In this document: positions 25,374 to 33,517 of the stretch, one piece after another | Numbering within the stretch: the first letter of the stretch is position 1 | Layout: each line of letters begins with the position of its first letter | Assembly: GCA_903959665.1 (NCBI GenBank) | Contig: CAJBXY010000125.1 | Location: 1 to 38,324 of the forward strand | DNA length: 38,324 bases | DNA from: an uncultured Solirubrobacterales bacterium | GTDB taxonomy: Bacteria > Actinomycetota > Thermoleophilia > Solirubrobacterales > Solirubrobacteraceae | Reading direction: 5' to 3' | Notes under the pieces: generated by a model | What the model was told of the DNA's origin: nothing | Databases searched by the model: none | What the model saw: the letters and a program-made list of their open reading frames with translations, nothing else | Position numbers and translations under genes: made by a program

Positions 25374-26108
25374 GTGCTCGTGGTTGCGACGCTCGGCGCC
25401 GAACGTCGCAGGCGCTTTCGCCGCCGCATGCGCACCGCCGCGCCGGAGCCCGCTGCTACGCCGGTTACCGTTGGGCGGGCAACGCTGATCGACGCGCGCC
25501 CACTGACAGGCGATCCTCAGGCTTGGCTTAGCGGCGCCGACTGCGAAGCCGAAGCGCTGGCAGGGTTGGCCGTCGTCAACGCTGTTCTCCAGCGGCAACG
25601 AATTGTTGCCGCCGACCCTGCCGCGCATGGCATCGCACCCGGCCAGGCGCTCGTCCTTCGGGTTGGCGTTGGCGCTGGCGAGGAGGTCGCAAGCGGCCGC
25701 TGGAGCTCGGCAGTTGAAGTCGTTCTTGGCACCGGGCGGCGGCGGCGCGAAGCCGTCCTCAGTCCGCAAGAACGGCTTGCGGCGGTGCTTAGTGGGCGCG
25801 ACGTGATTCTCGCCTGTGAGGAGCTGGCGCTGCGCGCCAGAGCCGACGTTGACGCGGGCCGCTGGCGCGAAGCAGCCTTTCAGCTCGACTGCGCGCTGCG
25901 GGCCGCGGTCGCCGAGCTGGCAAGCTGGGCCGGGCAGGGCGACCTTGACGAGCGGATTACGCTGCTCGCGCAGGCAACCGAGCAGACGGCAGAGGCCGCT
26001 CGGACGGCTCTGATTGGCGGCCTTAGCGCAGAGCAGATCGCAGCGCTCGAAGAGAGCCTGCTGCGGCTCGAGGCGGCGCTACGGGCGCGCGCCGCGATCG
26101 CCCGCTAG
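25374..26108 (+). CDS. Hypothetical protein with an all-helical Ala/Leu/Arg-rich C-terminal half
   Basis: A 244-aa ORF with GC3 bias consistent with coding, and more protein-like than the antisense 150-aa ORF. The start may be the ATG at 25428. I do not recognise any family. Confidence 0.4.
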   Translation: MLVVATLGAERRRRFRRRMRTAAPEPAATPVTVGRATLIDARPLTGDPQAWLSGADCEAEALAGLAVVNAVLQRQRIVAADPAAHGIAPGQALVLRVGVGAGEEVASGRWSSAVEVVLGTGRRRREAVLSPQERLAAVLSGRDVILACEELALRARADVDAGRWREAAFQLDCALRAAVAELASWAGQGDLDERITLLAQATEQTAEAARTALIGGLSAEQIAALEESLLRLEAALRARAAIAR

Positions 26109-26572
26109 CCGGCCGCGGCTTCGTCGCGTTCGGCTTCGAGCTCAAGCCGAAAGGCGGTCAGCGTCCGTTGTAGCGACTCGCTTTGGGCGCGGCGGATAAA
26201 GAGCCAGTCGGTGATTGCTCGCAACGGGCTCGAACCTTTAAGCCGGTAGTCGAGCTCGAGCTGCACGCTCACTTGGCCAGCTTCGGCGGCGAAAGCGACT
26301 CGCTGGCGGCCACTGATAGCGCGATCCTCGACCTCGAGCTCCTGCCCCACCCCCGGCCGATAATCGATCACCGTCTCACGGACCTCGCCGCGCCCGGCAG
26401 GGGTTGACTGCCAGAGAACGCTCGATCCAACCAGCGGCGGCTCGCCGCTGACGCTGACAACAGAGCGCAAGCCGTCGATGAAGAACGGCCAGCGCTCGCG
26501 GTCGTACCAGAGGGCTTCTGCTTCGCTAAGCGAAAGGTCGGCGATCGTCGTCTTCGCGGAGGCGACACCCAC
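26105..26572 (-). CDS. SRPBCC (START/polyketide-cyclase-like) ligand-binding protein
   Basis: A 155-aa ORF with the beta-rich core followed by a long C-terminal helix typical of SRPBCC. Its start overlaps the PadR stop by 1 nt. Confidence 0.7.
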   Translation of the reverse strand: MGVASAKTTIADLSLSEAEALWYDRERWPFFIDGLRSVVSVSGEPPLVGSSVLWQSTPAGRGEVRETVIDYRPGVGQELEVEDRAISGRQRVAFAAEAGQVSVQLELDYRLKGSSPLRAITDWLFIRRAQSESLQRTLTAFRLELEAERDEAAAG

Positions 26573-27009
26573 TACAGCACTCGGCGCAGCAGGTCGAGCG
26601 CCGAGGCAACCTCCTCGAGGCGCGGCTTGATCTCGGCGGCGAGCCGCTCGCGCTCGAGTTCACCCTTCGCGGTGATCGCATAAAAACGCCGCGAGCGGCG
26701 TTCGGGATGCTCCCACTCGCCCGTCACAAATTCGTTCTCCTCAAGCGAGCGCAGCAGCGGATACATCGTGTTCGGATTAACGCTGATCAGCCCGCCGGTC
26801 GAGATGCTGATTCCTTCGATCAGAGCGTTGCCGTAGGAGGGTCCGCTTGCCAGCAGGTGGAGCACCAGCAGCGGCAGCAAGCCGGCGCGGCGAAGCTCGC
26901 CGACTAGAGGATCATTGGTCCCCGGGCCGCCTGCGGTGGCCGCTGGAGCACGCGCCGCTGTAAGCGGTACCGCTTCGGCGACGGCCTCGTCGGTCTTGCG
27001 TTTGGGCAC
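26572..27009 (-). CDS. PadR-family transcriptional regulator
   Basis: Winged-HTH motifs LLVLHLLASGPSYGNALIEGI, TMYPLLRSLEENEFV and RRFYAITAKGE. It uses a GTG start. Confidence 0.9.
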   Translation of the reverse strand: MPKRKTDEAVAEAVPLTAARAPAATAGGPGTNDPLVGELRRAGLLPLLVLHLLASGPSYGNALIEGISISTGGLISVNPNTMYPLLRSLEENEFVTGEWEHPERRSRRFYAITAKGELERERLAAEIKPRLEEVASALDLLRRVL

Positions 27010-27025
27010 GCTCAGCAGTATGACG

Positions 27026-27044
27026 AGCGCCGTCTAAGGGCGCT
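27026..27044. promoter_or_regulatory. Inverted repeat AGCGCC-N7-GGCGCT between the 83-aa gene and padR
   Basis: Read directly from the sequence. It has 6-bp arms and lies 17 nt upstream of the PadR GTG and 3 nt after the upstream stop. It could be a hairpin terminator or an operator. Confidence 0.25.
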
Positions 27045-27046
27045 GC

Positions 27047-27298
27047 TCAGCGATCGAGCAGATCGTCGAGCGAGCGCTGCTCAGGGTTCACGGCGCGCGC
27101 AGCGGCGGCGCGCGGACGGCCACCCTTCGACCAGTGCTCGACGATGTCGCGGGCCTTCGCGTGGCGCTGCGTGATGCCGCGCTCGATCGGCTCGATCTGA
27201 AGCCCGCCAGGATCGCTGCCGCGCACGATCGCGTGGAAGACGCGGCCGCGGATCGAAACGCGAACGATGTCGCCGGGAGTTATCGAATCAAGTCGCAC
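27047..27298 (-). CDS. Hypothetical small protein (83 aa)
   Basis: The ORF has good GC3 bias. It has a beta-rich N-terminal half (GDIVRVSIRGRVFHAIVRG) and a basic C-terminal half. I do not recognise any family. Confidence 0.45.
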   Translation of the reverse strand: MRLDSITPGDIVRVSIRGRVFHAIVRGSDPGGLQIEPIERGITQRHAKARDIVEHWSKGGRPRAAAARAVNPEQRSLDDLLDR

Positions 27299-27331
27299 GC
27301 TGGTCGATCATGACGGATTCGGCCGGCCCGT

Positions 27332-28468
27332 TCAGGCGATCAGGAACGAGAAGGCGATGATCACGTAGACGGCAAGCAGCTGGAGCCCTTCGAACCAGTT
27401 AGAGCGACCGTCCTGCGTGACCTGGCTGGCCAACAACGCCGACAGAATCAACGCCGCCAGCTCAAAGCCATTGAAGACCAGCGCCATTGGGTGTGGCCCG
27501 AGCAGGTGCGAGGCGAGGATCAGCACCGGCGCCACGAAGAGCGCGATCTGGGCGCTCGATCCAATCGAGATGTTGACCGCGAGGTTCATCTGATCCTTAC
27601 GCGCTGCCAGCACGGCGACCCAGTGCTCGGCCGCGTTACCGACGATCGCAACGATGATCGCGCCGATGAAGAACTCGCTGATGTCGAGCTTTTTCGCAGT
27701 CTCTTCGATCGAGCCGACGAGAATCTCCGACATTGCCGCAACCGCGATACCGGCGATCGCCAGCGCAATCACCGACTTCTTGACGCTCCATGACTCCCCG
27801 ACCGCCTCCAAGTCGGCAGGCTCGGGATTGAAGATGCGGCGGTGCGTCTTGAGCGAGAAAACGAGCCCGGCTGCGTATGCGATCAGCAGCACGGCTGCAA
27901 CGACGAGCGAAAGCGTCTCAACGCTTGAGTCGTAGTCAACGATCACTTCGTTGGGCTTCGGTAGGCCACTACCGACGACCAGCTCGTAAACCGCTGGCAT
28001 CACGATCGCAGCGACGGCGAGAAAGAGCATCGAGGTTTGGGCGCTGGCGGCCCGGGCGCTGAACTTCTGCTCGTCACGCCCCCAGCCACCGAAGAACATT
28101 GAGGCGCCAAGAACGAGCAGAATGTTGCCGATGATCGAACCGGCGATCGAGGCCTTGACGACCTCCTGAAGGCCGGCGTTCAGCGCCACGAGAGCGATTA
28201 TTAGCTCCGGCGCGTTGCCGAATGTGACGTTCAGCAGCCCTCCAATGCCGGGGCCTGACCGGGCCGCGAGCTCCTCGGTCGCGCGGCCCATCAGCGCTGC
28301 GGTTGGAATAACGCCAAGCGCCGCCGTGATGAAGATCGCCGTTGAGCCGCCGCCGCCGTATTGAAGGATCACTGCGATCGGAATGAAGATGACCAGCAAG
28401 ACCGGCCAGCCAGCGGCGTCGAGCAGGCGGCGAAAGATCGAGCGATTGGCTGGTGGCTGCGCGTTCAT
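27332..28468 (-). CDS. Ca2+/H+ antiporter (CaCA/CAX family, ChaA-like)
   Basis: A polytopic ORF with the two alpha-repeat signatures GNAPELIIAL and GNAAEHWVAV. I chose the ATG at 28468 (MNAQPP). The longer ORF to 28555 would overlap the divergent gene. Confidence 0.9.
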   Translation of the reverse strand: MNAQPPANRSIFRRLLDAAGWPVLLVIFIPIAVILQYGGGGSTAIFITAALGVIPTAALMGRATEELAARSGPGIGGLLNVTFGNAPELIIALVALNAGLQEVVKASIAGSIIGNILLVLGASMFFGGWGRDEQKFSARAASAQTSMLFLAVAAIVMPAVYELVVGSGLPKPNEVIVDYDSSVETLSLVVAAVLLIAYAAGLVFSLKTHRRIFNPEPADLEAVGESWSVKKSVIALAIAGIAVAAMSEILVGSIEETAKKLDISEFFIGAIIVAIVGNAAEHWVAVLAARKDQMNLAVNISIGSSAQIALFVAPVLILASHLLGPHPMALVFNGFELAALILSALLASQVTQDGRSNWFEGLQLLAVYVIIAFSFLIA

Positions 28469-28584
28469 CGGGCGTAGAGCATACGGGGCGCGTAAGTCGA
28501 CCCCGGCCGCCGCCAATTCGGCGCAGCGCGCCGCTGCAAGGGCAACTGCGACCAACCCAGAGCAGCCCCTCTAGGCTTCTCTAC

Positions 28585-29910
28585 GTGCGCCGTACGCCTG
28601 TTCTATGCGTCGCGTCGGCGCTCGTCACGCTCGCCCTCAGTGGCGCGGCGAGTGCCAATGCCTCGACGATTCACGTCCTCGACTCGAGCGGCCGCGTCAC
28701 CGTGGCCGAAAACCCGCTGATTCCGGCCGGCCCCGGCAGTGAGCTGCCCGAGTATCCGGGTCGGGCGCTGAATCTCGCCTCGTCAGCGATGCTGCCAGCC
28801 CAGACCGCCTCCTCGACGAACCTCGACGCGGCGGTCGCACGGCTCGCCTCAAACGGCGCGATCAGCGCCACGACGCGCGCGGCCTACAAGGCGGCGATCA
28901 GCAGCGCGCGCAACGCCGCCGGGCGGCTCAGCGGCCAGCGCCGCAGTGAGCTGCGCGCTGTGATCGCAAACTTTGATCGCATGGCCAAAGGCGGCTTGGC
29001 GACCGCTTCGCGGCTACCGGCGCTAACCGAGACGCTGCGCCGCAACGCACAATGGTGGACCAACGGTTCATCGCTCAGCTACGGCCAACGCGTCGGTTTT
29101 TCCGGCAGCGAGCTCGTCTGGCAGGCCTACCCCGGCCAGGGGCTGCAAATCCAGTGGCTTGGAACGTTCGGCTACATGAACGCGCTCTGGACCGCTGAAA
29201 GCAAGTCAACTGAGCTGCACAGACTGGCTCGTGAGGTCAGCGAACTGGCCGCGAGCCGCGCCGGCGGAGTCGCTTGGGAGTACCTCTTCCAGTTCGGCGG
29301 CGGTCGCCCACCGTGGGTCAGCGGCATGGCGCAGGGAACCGCAATACAGGCGCTGGCGCGCACCTCGGATCGCTTCAAGGACGCTTCGTTGATGAAACTG
29401 GCCAAGCGTGGCCTCGGCATCTATCGCACCGCCCCACCGAGCGGCGTGCGCTTGAAGTTGGCGCACGGCTCGCATTACCTCGGCTACTCCTACGCCCCGG
29501 GGCAACGGATCTACAACCAGTTCTACCAGGCGCTTCGCGGGCTCCATGACCTGGCCGACTTAAGTGGCGACAAGACGGCGCGCCGGCTCTGGCTCGAAGG
29601 CCAGACGCGCGGCCGTTACGAACTCCCCTTCTCAAATACTGGCTCATGGTCCTACTACGAGCCTGGCTCGCTCTCAACGGTTGACTACCACGAACTGCTT
29701 CGCGACTTCCTGCGCGGCCTCTGCGACGTGATGACCGCCGACCGCCAGCGTGAGACGATCGCGCTGCGCGAAAAGAAGGGCCCAGCAGCGGTCCTCACCG
29801 ACTTCAAGAACTGGCCCGATCCAGGCCCCTACTGCGTGATGACGAAACGCTACACCGACTACCTCTACAAGCGCCTCGGCACGAGCGCGCCGGCCGCCGC
29901 GCCGCGCTGA
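28585..29910 (+). CDS. Secreted D-glucuronyl C5-epimerase-like protein
   Basis: I chose the GTG at 28585, which gives the signal peptide RRTPVLCVASALVTLALSGAASANAS. The WEYLFQFGGGRPPWVSGMAQGTAIQALARTSDRF segment matches the C5-epimerase C-terminal domain signature (PW-x-S-x-MAQG). Confidence 0.65.
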   Translation: MRRTPVLCVASALVTLALSGAASANASTIHVLDSSGRVTVAENPLIPAGPGSELPEYPGRALNLASSAMLPAQTASSTNLDAAVARLASNGAISATTRAAYKAAISSARNAAGRLSGQRRSELRAVIANFDRMAKGGLATASRLPALTETLRRNAQWWTNGSSLSYGQRVGFSGSELVWQAYPGQGLQIQWLGTFGYMNALWTAESKSTELHRLAREVSELAASRAGGVAWEYLFQFGGGRPPWVSGMAQGTAIQALARTSDRFKDASLMKLAKRGLGIYRTAPPSGVRLKLAHGSHYLGYSYAPGQRIYNQFYQALRGLHDLADLSGDKTARRLWLEGQTRGRYELPFSNTGSWSYYEPGSLSTVDYHELLRDFLRGLCDVMTADRQRETIALREKKGPAAVLTDFKNWPDPGPYCVMTKRYTDYLYKRLGTSAPAAAPR

Positions 29911-29939
29911 GCGCGGCTCTGAGTAGGGCGCCCCTTACT
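29901..29939 (+). terminator. Two hairpins at and after the epimerase-like stop codon
   Basis: GCCGCGC-TGA-GCGCGGC (29901-29917, stop codon in the loop) and AGTAGGG-CGCC-CCTTACT (29922-29939, one G:U pair). No U-tract follows. Confidence 0.3.
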
Positions 29940-29947
29940 ATGGAGCT

Positions 29948-30412
29948 GTGCCCGAAGCGCCAACCACATGGATCCTCACCGGCTCGGTCGACAACTTCGC
30001 GGTCACCGGCGAGCTCGGCTTCAAGCTGATCGGCTTCAAGGAACGGCGGCGCAAACAGGCGCTGACGATGGAGATCGGCGACCGAATTATTTTCTACCTG
30101 ACGAAGGTGATGGCCTTCGGTGGCTCGGTGATCATCACATCCGACCTGTTTGAGGACCGCGACCCGCTATGGCCGGGTAAGCCGGGCAGCCCTGACCCCT
30201 ACCCTTGGCGCCGTGAGACCGAGCCCGAACTGGCCTTGGCCGAAGCCGACTGGGTTCCCGCCGAGAGCGTCAAAGACGATCTCGAACACATCGCCAAGTG
30301 GCCCGCGGAACATTGGAAGCTGGCCTTCCAAGGCCAGCTGAGGACAATCAGCGACGCCGACAGCGACCTGCTGATGGAGCGAATGCGGGTAGCGGCCGGC
30401 GCGGCGGCGTGA
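29948..30412 (+). CDS. EVE (PUA-like) domain protein
   Basis: A 154-aa ORF with a GTG start and a GGAG 3 nt upstream. The pattern TWILTGS..N......G.......K....MEIGDRIIFYL....FGGSVIITS...ED....W......PYPWRRE.......W.......L.HI..WP..HW.LAFQGQLRTISDAD matches standalone archaeal/bacterial EVE proteins as I recall them. Confidence 0.65.
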   Translation: MPEAPTTWILTGSVDNFAVTGELGFKLIGFKERRRKQALTMEIGDRIIFYLTKVMAFGGSVIITSDLFEDRDPLWPGKPGSPDPYPWRRETEPELALAEADWVPAESVKDDLEHIAKWPAEHWKLAFQGQLRTISDADSDLLMERMRVAAGAAA

Positions 30413-31128
30413 GCACGGCCGCGCCGCGGCTGCGCGGCGCGTGGCAGACGCTCTACGGCGAGCAGAGACTGGCTATCGGTGCGGCGATTGGCCTGCTGCT
30501 CTCGATGCTGCTGCCGTGGTATCAGCAGAGCGGTTTCATCACGCGCCCTGGGCAGGCGCCAACCGAGCTGAGCGACTCCTTCAACGCCTTTCAGAGTTGG
30601 GGCTTCGTCGAGGCTTCGGTGCTGCTGGTGGCCCTCGGCGTTCTTGCGCTCTGCGCCGCGCGCGCCGATCGCCGCGCCTTCCACCTTCCCGGCGGCGACG
30701 GGATCGTGCTGATGGCGGCCGGCGCATGGGTGATGTTCCTGATCTTCTACCGACAGCTCGACCGCCCGAGTGGCAATGACTCCGGCGTCCTAAGGCCAAT
30801 CGGCAGCCCCTCGTGGGGTGAAGTTGGCGTCGACTGGGGGATCTTCGTCGCATTCCTGCTCGGCGCAGTGATCGTCTACGCCGGTTGGCAGATGCGCGCC
30901 CACCACCGCCCCGAGCCGCTGCTTGACGGTGACGACCCGCACTCCGCAGCGGTCGAAGGCGATCCAAACTCTGTCGCCAGCACGGTTCCGCTGAGCAAAC
31001 CCCAGGCTTCAGGGAAGCCGCCCGCAGCCGCGCCACGATCTCCCCCAGCGACGAAGCCGAACGCCGCCCCGGCGCCGCTCGAGGGCCAGCTTTCGTTTGA
31101 AGACACCGACAAAAAGCCGGGCGGTTAG
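30409..31128 (+). CDS. Membrane protein (about 4 TM) with a Pro/Ala-rich C-terminal tail
   Basis: The GTG at 30409 overlaps the EVE stop (GTGA). There are four hydrophobic segments and a tail PLSKPQASGKPPAAAPRSPPATKPNAAPAP. The listed 30298 start would overlap the EVE gene by 115 nt. Confidence 0.55.
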   Translation: MSTAAPRLRGAWQTLYGEQRLAIGAAIGLLLSMLLPWYQQSGFITRPGQAPTELSDSFNAFQSWGFVEASVLLVALGVLALCAARADRRAFHLPGGDGIVLMAAGAWVMFLIFYRQLDRPSGNDSGVLRPIGSPSWGEVGVDWGIFVAFLLGAVIVYAGWQMRAHHRPEPLLDGDDPHSAAVEGDPNSVASTVPLSKPQASGKPPAAAPRSPPATKPNAAPAPLEGQLSFEDTDKKPGG

Positions 31129-31158
31129 GGGGCTGCAGGGCTTTCGGCCCGCGCAACC

Positions 31159-31164
31159 TATTAT
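31159..31164 (+). promoter_or_regulatory. Candidate -10 box (TATTAT) 9 nt upstream of the MoxR ATG, suggesting a near-leaderless transcript
   Basis: Read directly from the sequence. There is no SD between it and the ATG at 31174, and a weak GGGC/GCCC hairpin lies just upstream. Confidence 0.25.
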
Positions 31165-31173
31165 CCGCAGACG

Positions 31174-32076
31174 ATGTCAACCACGCCCGACCGCCCAGAA
31201 GAGATCAGCTCCGGCCTAGTCGAGGTCGGATACCTGCCGGACGCGGCAACCTCGCTGGTCGCCTTCCTCGCGATCAAGCTCGGCAAGCCGATCCTCGTTG
31301 AAGGCCCGGCCGGTGTCGGCAAGACGCAGCTGGCAAAGTCGCTGGCCGAAACGCTCGGCCGCGAACTGGTTCGTCTGCAGTGCTACGAAGGACTCGACGA
31401 AGCGAAGGCGCTCTACGAGTGGAACTACCGCAAGCAACTGCTGCGAATCCAAGCTGAAGCGCAGGACACAGGCTGGCAGGAGGTGCAGGACGACATCTTC
31501 GGCGAGGACTTCCTGCTCGAGCGGCCGTTGATGACGGCGATCGCTTCGCCCGACCCGGTAGTGCTGCTGATCGACGAGATCGACAAGACCGACCAAGAGT
31601 TCGAAGCGATGCTGCTGGAGCTGCTCTCCGACTTTCAGATCTCAATCCCTGAGCTTGGACGGATCGAAGCGAGCACGATGCCGCTCGTGCTGCTGACCTC
31701 AAACAATTCGCGCGAACTGACCGAGGCGCTCAAGCGCCGCTGCCTCTACCTCTGGATCGACTACCCGTCGCTCGAGCATGAGCTTGAAATCGTTCGTCTC
31801 CACGCGCCTGAGCTGGACGAGAAGATCTCCCGCCGGCTCGTCGAAGTGGTCGCGATGGTCCGTGAGCTTGACCTCAAGAAACCGCCGTCGATCGCCGAGT
31901 CGATCGACTGGGCGCGGGCGCTGCTGCTGCTCGGCGCAACCGACATCGACACGAAGACCTTCAACGAGACGATGTCGATCATCGTCAAACACCGCACCGA
32001 CATCGACATCGTCGCTGAGCGCGTCGGCGTGAAGCTCGACAGCGACGGGGACGGCAGCGGTGCCGCCGCCTCCTGA
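31174..32076 (+). CDS. MoxR-family AAA+ ATPase (CoxD-like)
   Basis: A 300-aa ORF with Walker A GPAGVGKT, Walker B VLLIDEIDK, sensor/Arg region LTSNN...ALKRR, and a C-terminal helical lid. Confidence 0.9.
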   Translation: MSTTPDRPEEISSGLVEVGYLPDAATSLVAFLAIKLGKPILVEGPAGVGKTQLAKSLAETLGRELVRLQCYEGLDEAKALYEWNYRKQLLRIQAEAQDTGWQEVQDDIFGEDFLLERPLMTAIASPDPVVLLIDEIDKTDQEFEAMLLELLSDFQISIPELGRIEASTMPLVLLTSNNSRELTEALKRRCLYLWIDYPSLEHELEIVRLHAPELDEKISRRLVEVVAMVRELDLKKPPSIAESIDWARALLLLGATDIDTKTFNETMSIIVKHRTDIDIVAERVGVKLDSDGDGSGAAAS

Positions 32077-33517
32077 CAAGCGTCCGTCGCGCGAGGCATC
32101 ACGGCGCGCCGCGCTCTTCTCCGAGCCGCTGGCAAACCCGCTCGATGCCGGCCTCACTGCGCATCTCGTCGAATTTGGCGAGGAGCTGCGCGGCGAGGGA
32201 GTAGCGCTCGGCACGAGCGAGCTGCTCGACGCATTCAGCGCGCTTCCCGAGGTAGCTTGGAATGAGCCGACGCTCTTCCGCGAAACGCTCGCTGCGACGC
32301 TCGCCAAGTCGCCCGAGGACCGCGCAATTTTCGACCTCGTCTTCGAGCGCTTCTTCTTTCGCGCTACAGAGCTGGCGGCCCTGAACACCGGAATCGGCGA
32401 AGCGGGCAGCGGCAGCGGTGATGGCGAAGGCAGCGCCGAGATCGACATTGAGGCGCTGCGTGAACAGATTGCCCGCGCGATCGCCGAGCAGAACGAAGGA
32501 GCGCTGCGCGACCTTGCACGGCTCGCGATAGCGGCATTCGCCCAGCCCGGAGAGGGCTCCGGCGTGCTTGGCGTTGACGTCCAAAGGATTCGCCGCTCGC
32601 TGGGTTTGCGAACCGACCCTCAAGGCGACGTTCCAGAGGACGATCCGCGCGCCGAAGGGCTGCCGCGCGAGGGGATCCGCCGCTTTGAGCAGCTGCTGCG
32701 CCAAGAGCTCGAGCGCCAACAGATTGAACGCACCTCAACGCTACCGGCGGCGCGGCCGCTGCACGAGCTCGACCGCGCACTGCCGAGCGGCCCGCTGCAG
32801 GACCTCGCCAGCGTCCACCGCGTAGTCACGCAGCTGAAGCGAAGGTTGAAAACGCAAGGCCAAGAGCACCGCGGCCACCGCCGCCATGCGCACGTCGACA
32901 TCCGCCGCACGATGCGCGCCTCGCTACAGACAGGCGGCGTTCCGATCACGCTGCGCTACCGCCCGGTGCGCCCGCGCCGCCCGGAGCTGTTCGTTATCTG
33001 CGACGTCTCCACCAGCGTCACCAGCGCCTCGGTTTTCTTCCTCTCGGTGATGCACGCGCTACACGACTCATTCCGCAAGATGCGCTCGTTCGTCTTCATC
33101 GAGCGCGTCAGCGAAGTGACCGAGGTGTTCGAACGCGAGCGCGACTTCAAGGCCGTAAGCGAGGCGATCGCGCGTGACGCCGGCGTAGCCGACATCTCCG
33201 GATACACCGACTACGGCCGTGTTTGGGGCGAGCTGCTTGAACAGATCCAAGATGAGCTGCACCCGCGCGCGACGGTGATTGTTCTCGGCGACGCTCGCAC
33301 CAACGGGCGCGCGCCCGGCGCCGACCTTTTCGCCCAGATCGCCGCGCGAGCCGGCCGCACCTACTGGCTAAACCCAGAGCCGCGGCTCTACTGGAATTAC
33401 GGCGACTCGGTGATCGACAGCTACGCCCAATACTGCGAGGCCTACGAGTGCTGGACGACCGCCCAACTCGAGAACTTCGTCAAGGTGCTTACCGCACCCG
33501 AAGCTACGCGGCCTTAG
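32060..33517 (+). CDS. VWA domain protein, CoxE-like
   Basis: A 485-aa ORF whose GTG start lies 17 nt inside the MoxR 3' end. The C-terminal VWA domain carries LFVICDVSTSV (DxSxS MIDAS-like), VIVLGDARTNG and YWLNPEP, typical of the CoxE-like VWA family. Confidence 0.85.
   Translation: MPPPPDKRPSREASRRAALFSEPLANPLDAGLTAHLVEFGEELRGEGVALGTSELLDAFSALPEVAWNEPTLFRETLAATLAKSPEDRAIFDLVFERFFFRATELAALNTGIGEAGSGSGDGEGSAEIDIEALREQIARAIAEQNEGALRDLARLAIAAFAQPGEGSGVLGVDVQRIRRSLGLRTDPQGDVPEDDPRAEGLPREGIRRFEQLLRQELERQQIERTSTLPAARPLHELDRALPSGPLQDLASVHRVVTQLKRRLKTQGQEHRGHRRHAHVDIRRTMRASLQTGGVPITLRYRPVRPRRPELFVICDVSTSVTSASVFFLSVMHALHDSFRKMRSFVFIERVSEVTEVFERERDFKAVSEAIARDAGVADISGYTDYGRVWGELLEQIQDELHPRATVIVLGDARTNGRAPGADLFAQIAARAGRTYWLNPEPRLYWNYGDSVIDSYAQYCEAYECWTTAQLENFVKVLTAPEATRP

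Noticed and set aside
28453-28584. Long N-terminal extensions of the divergent CAX gene (to 28555) and epimerase-like gene (from 28453), which would overlap each other.
   Set aside because: Head-to-head overlap of 100 nt is implausible. The internal starts (ATG 28468, GTG 28585) give a normal antiporter N-terminus and a clean signal peptide, and leave a 116-nt divergent promoter region.
30298-30408. The upstream start (30298) for the membrane protein, overlapping the EVE gene by 115 nt.
   Set aside because: The extra 37 residues are Arg/Gly-rich with no features. The GTG at 30409 forms a typical GTGA coupling junction with the EVE stop.
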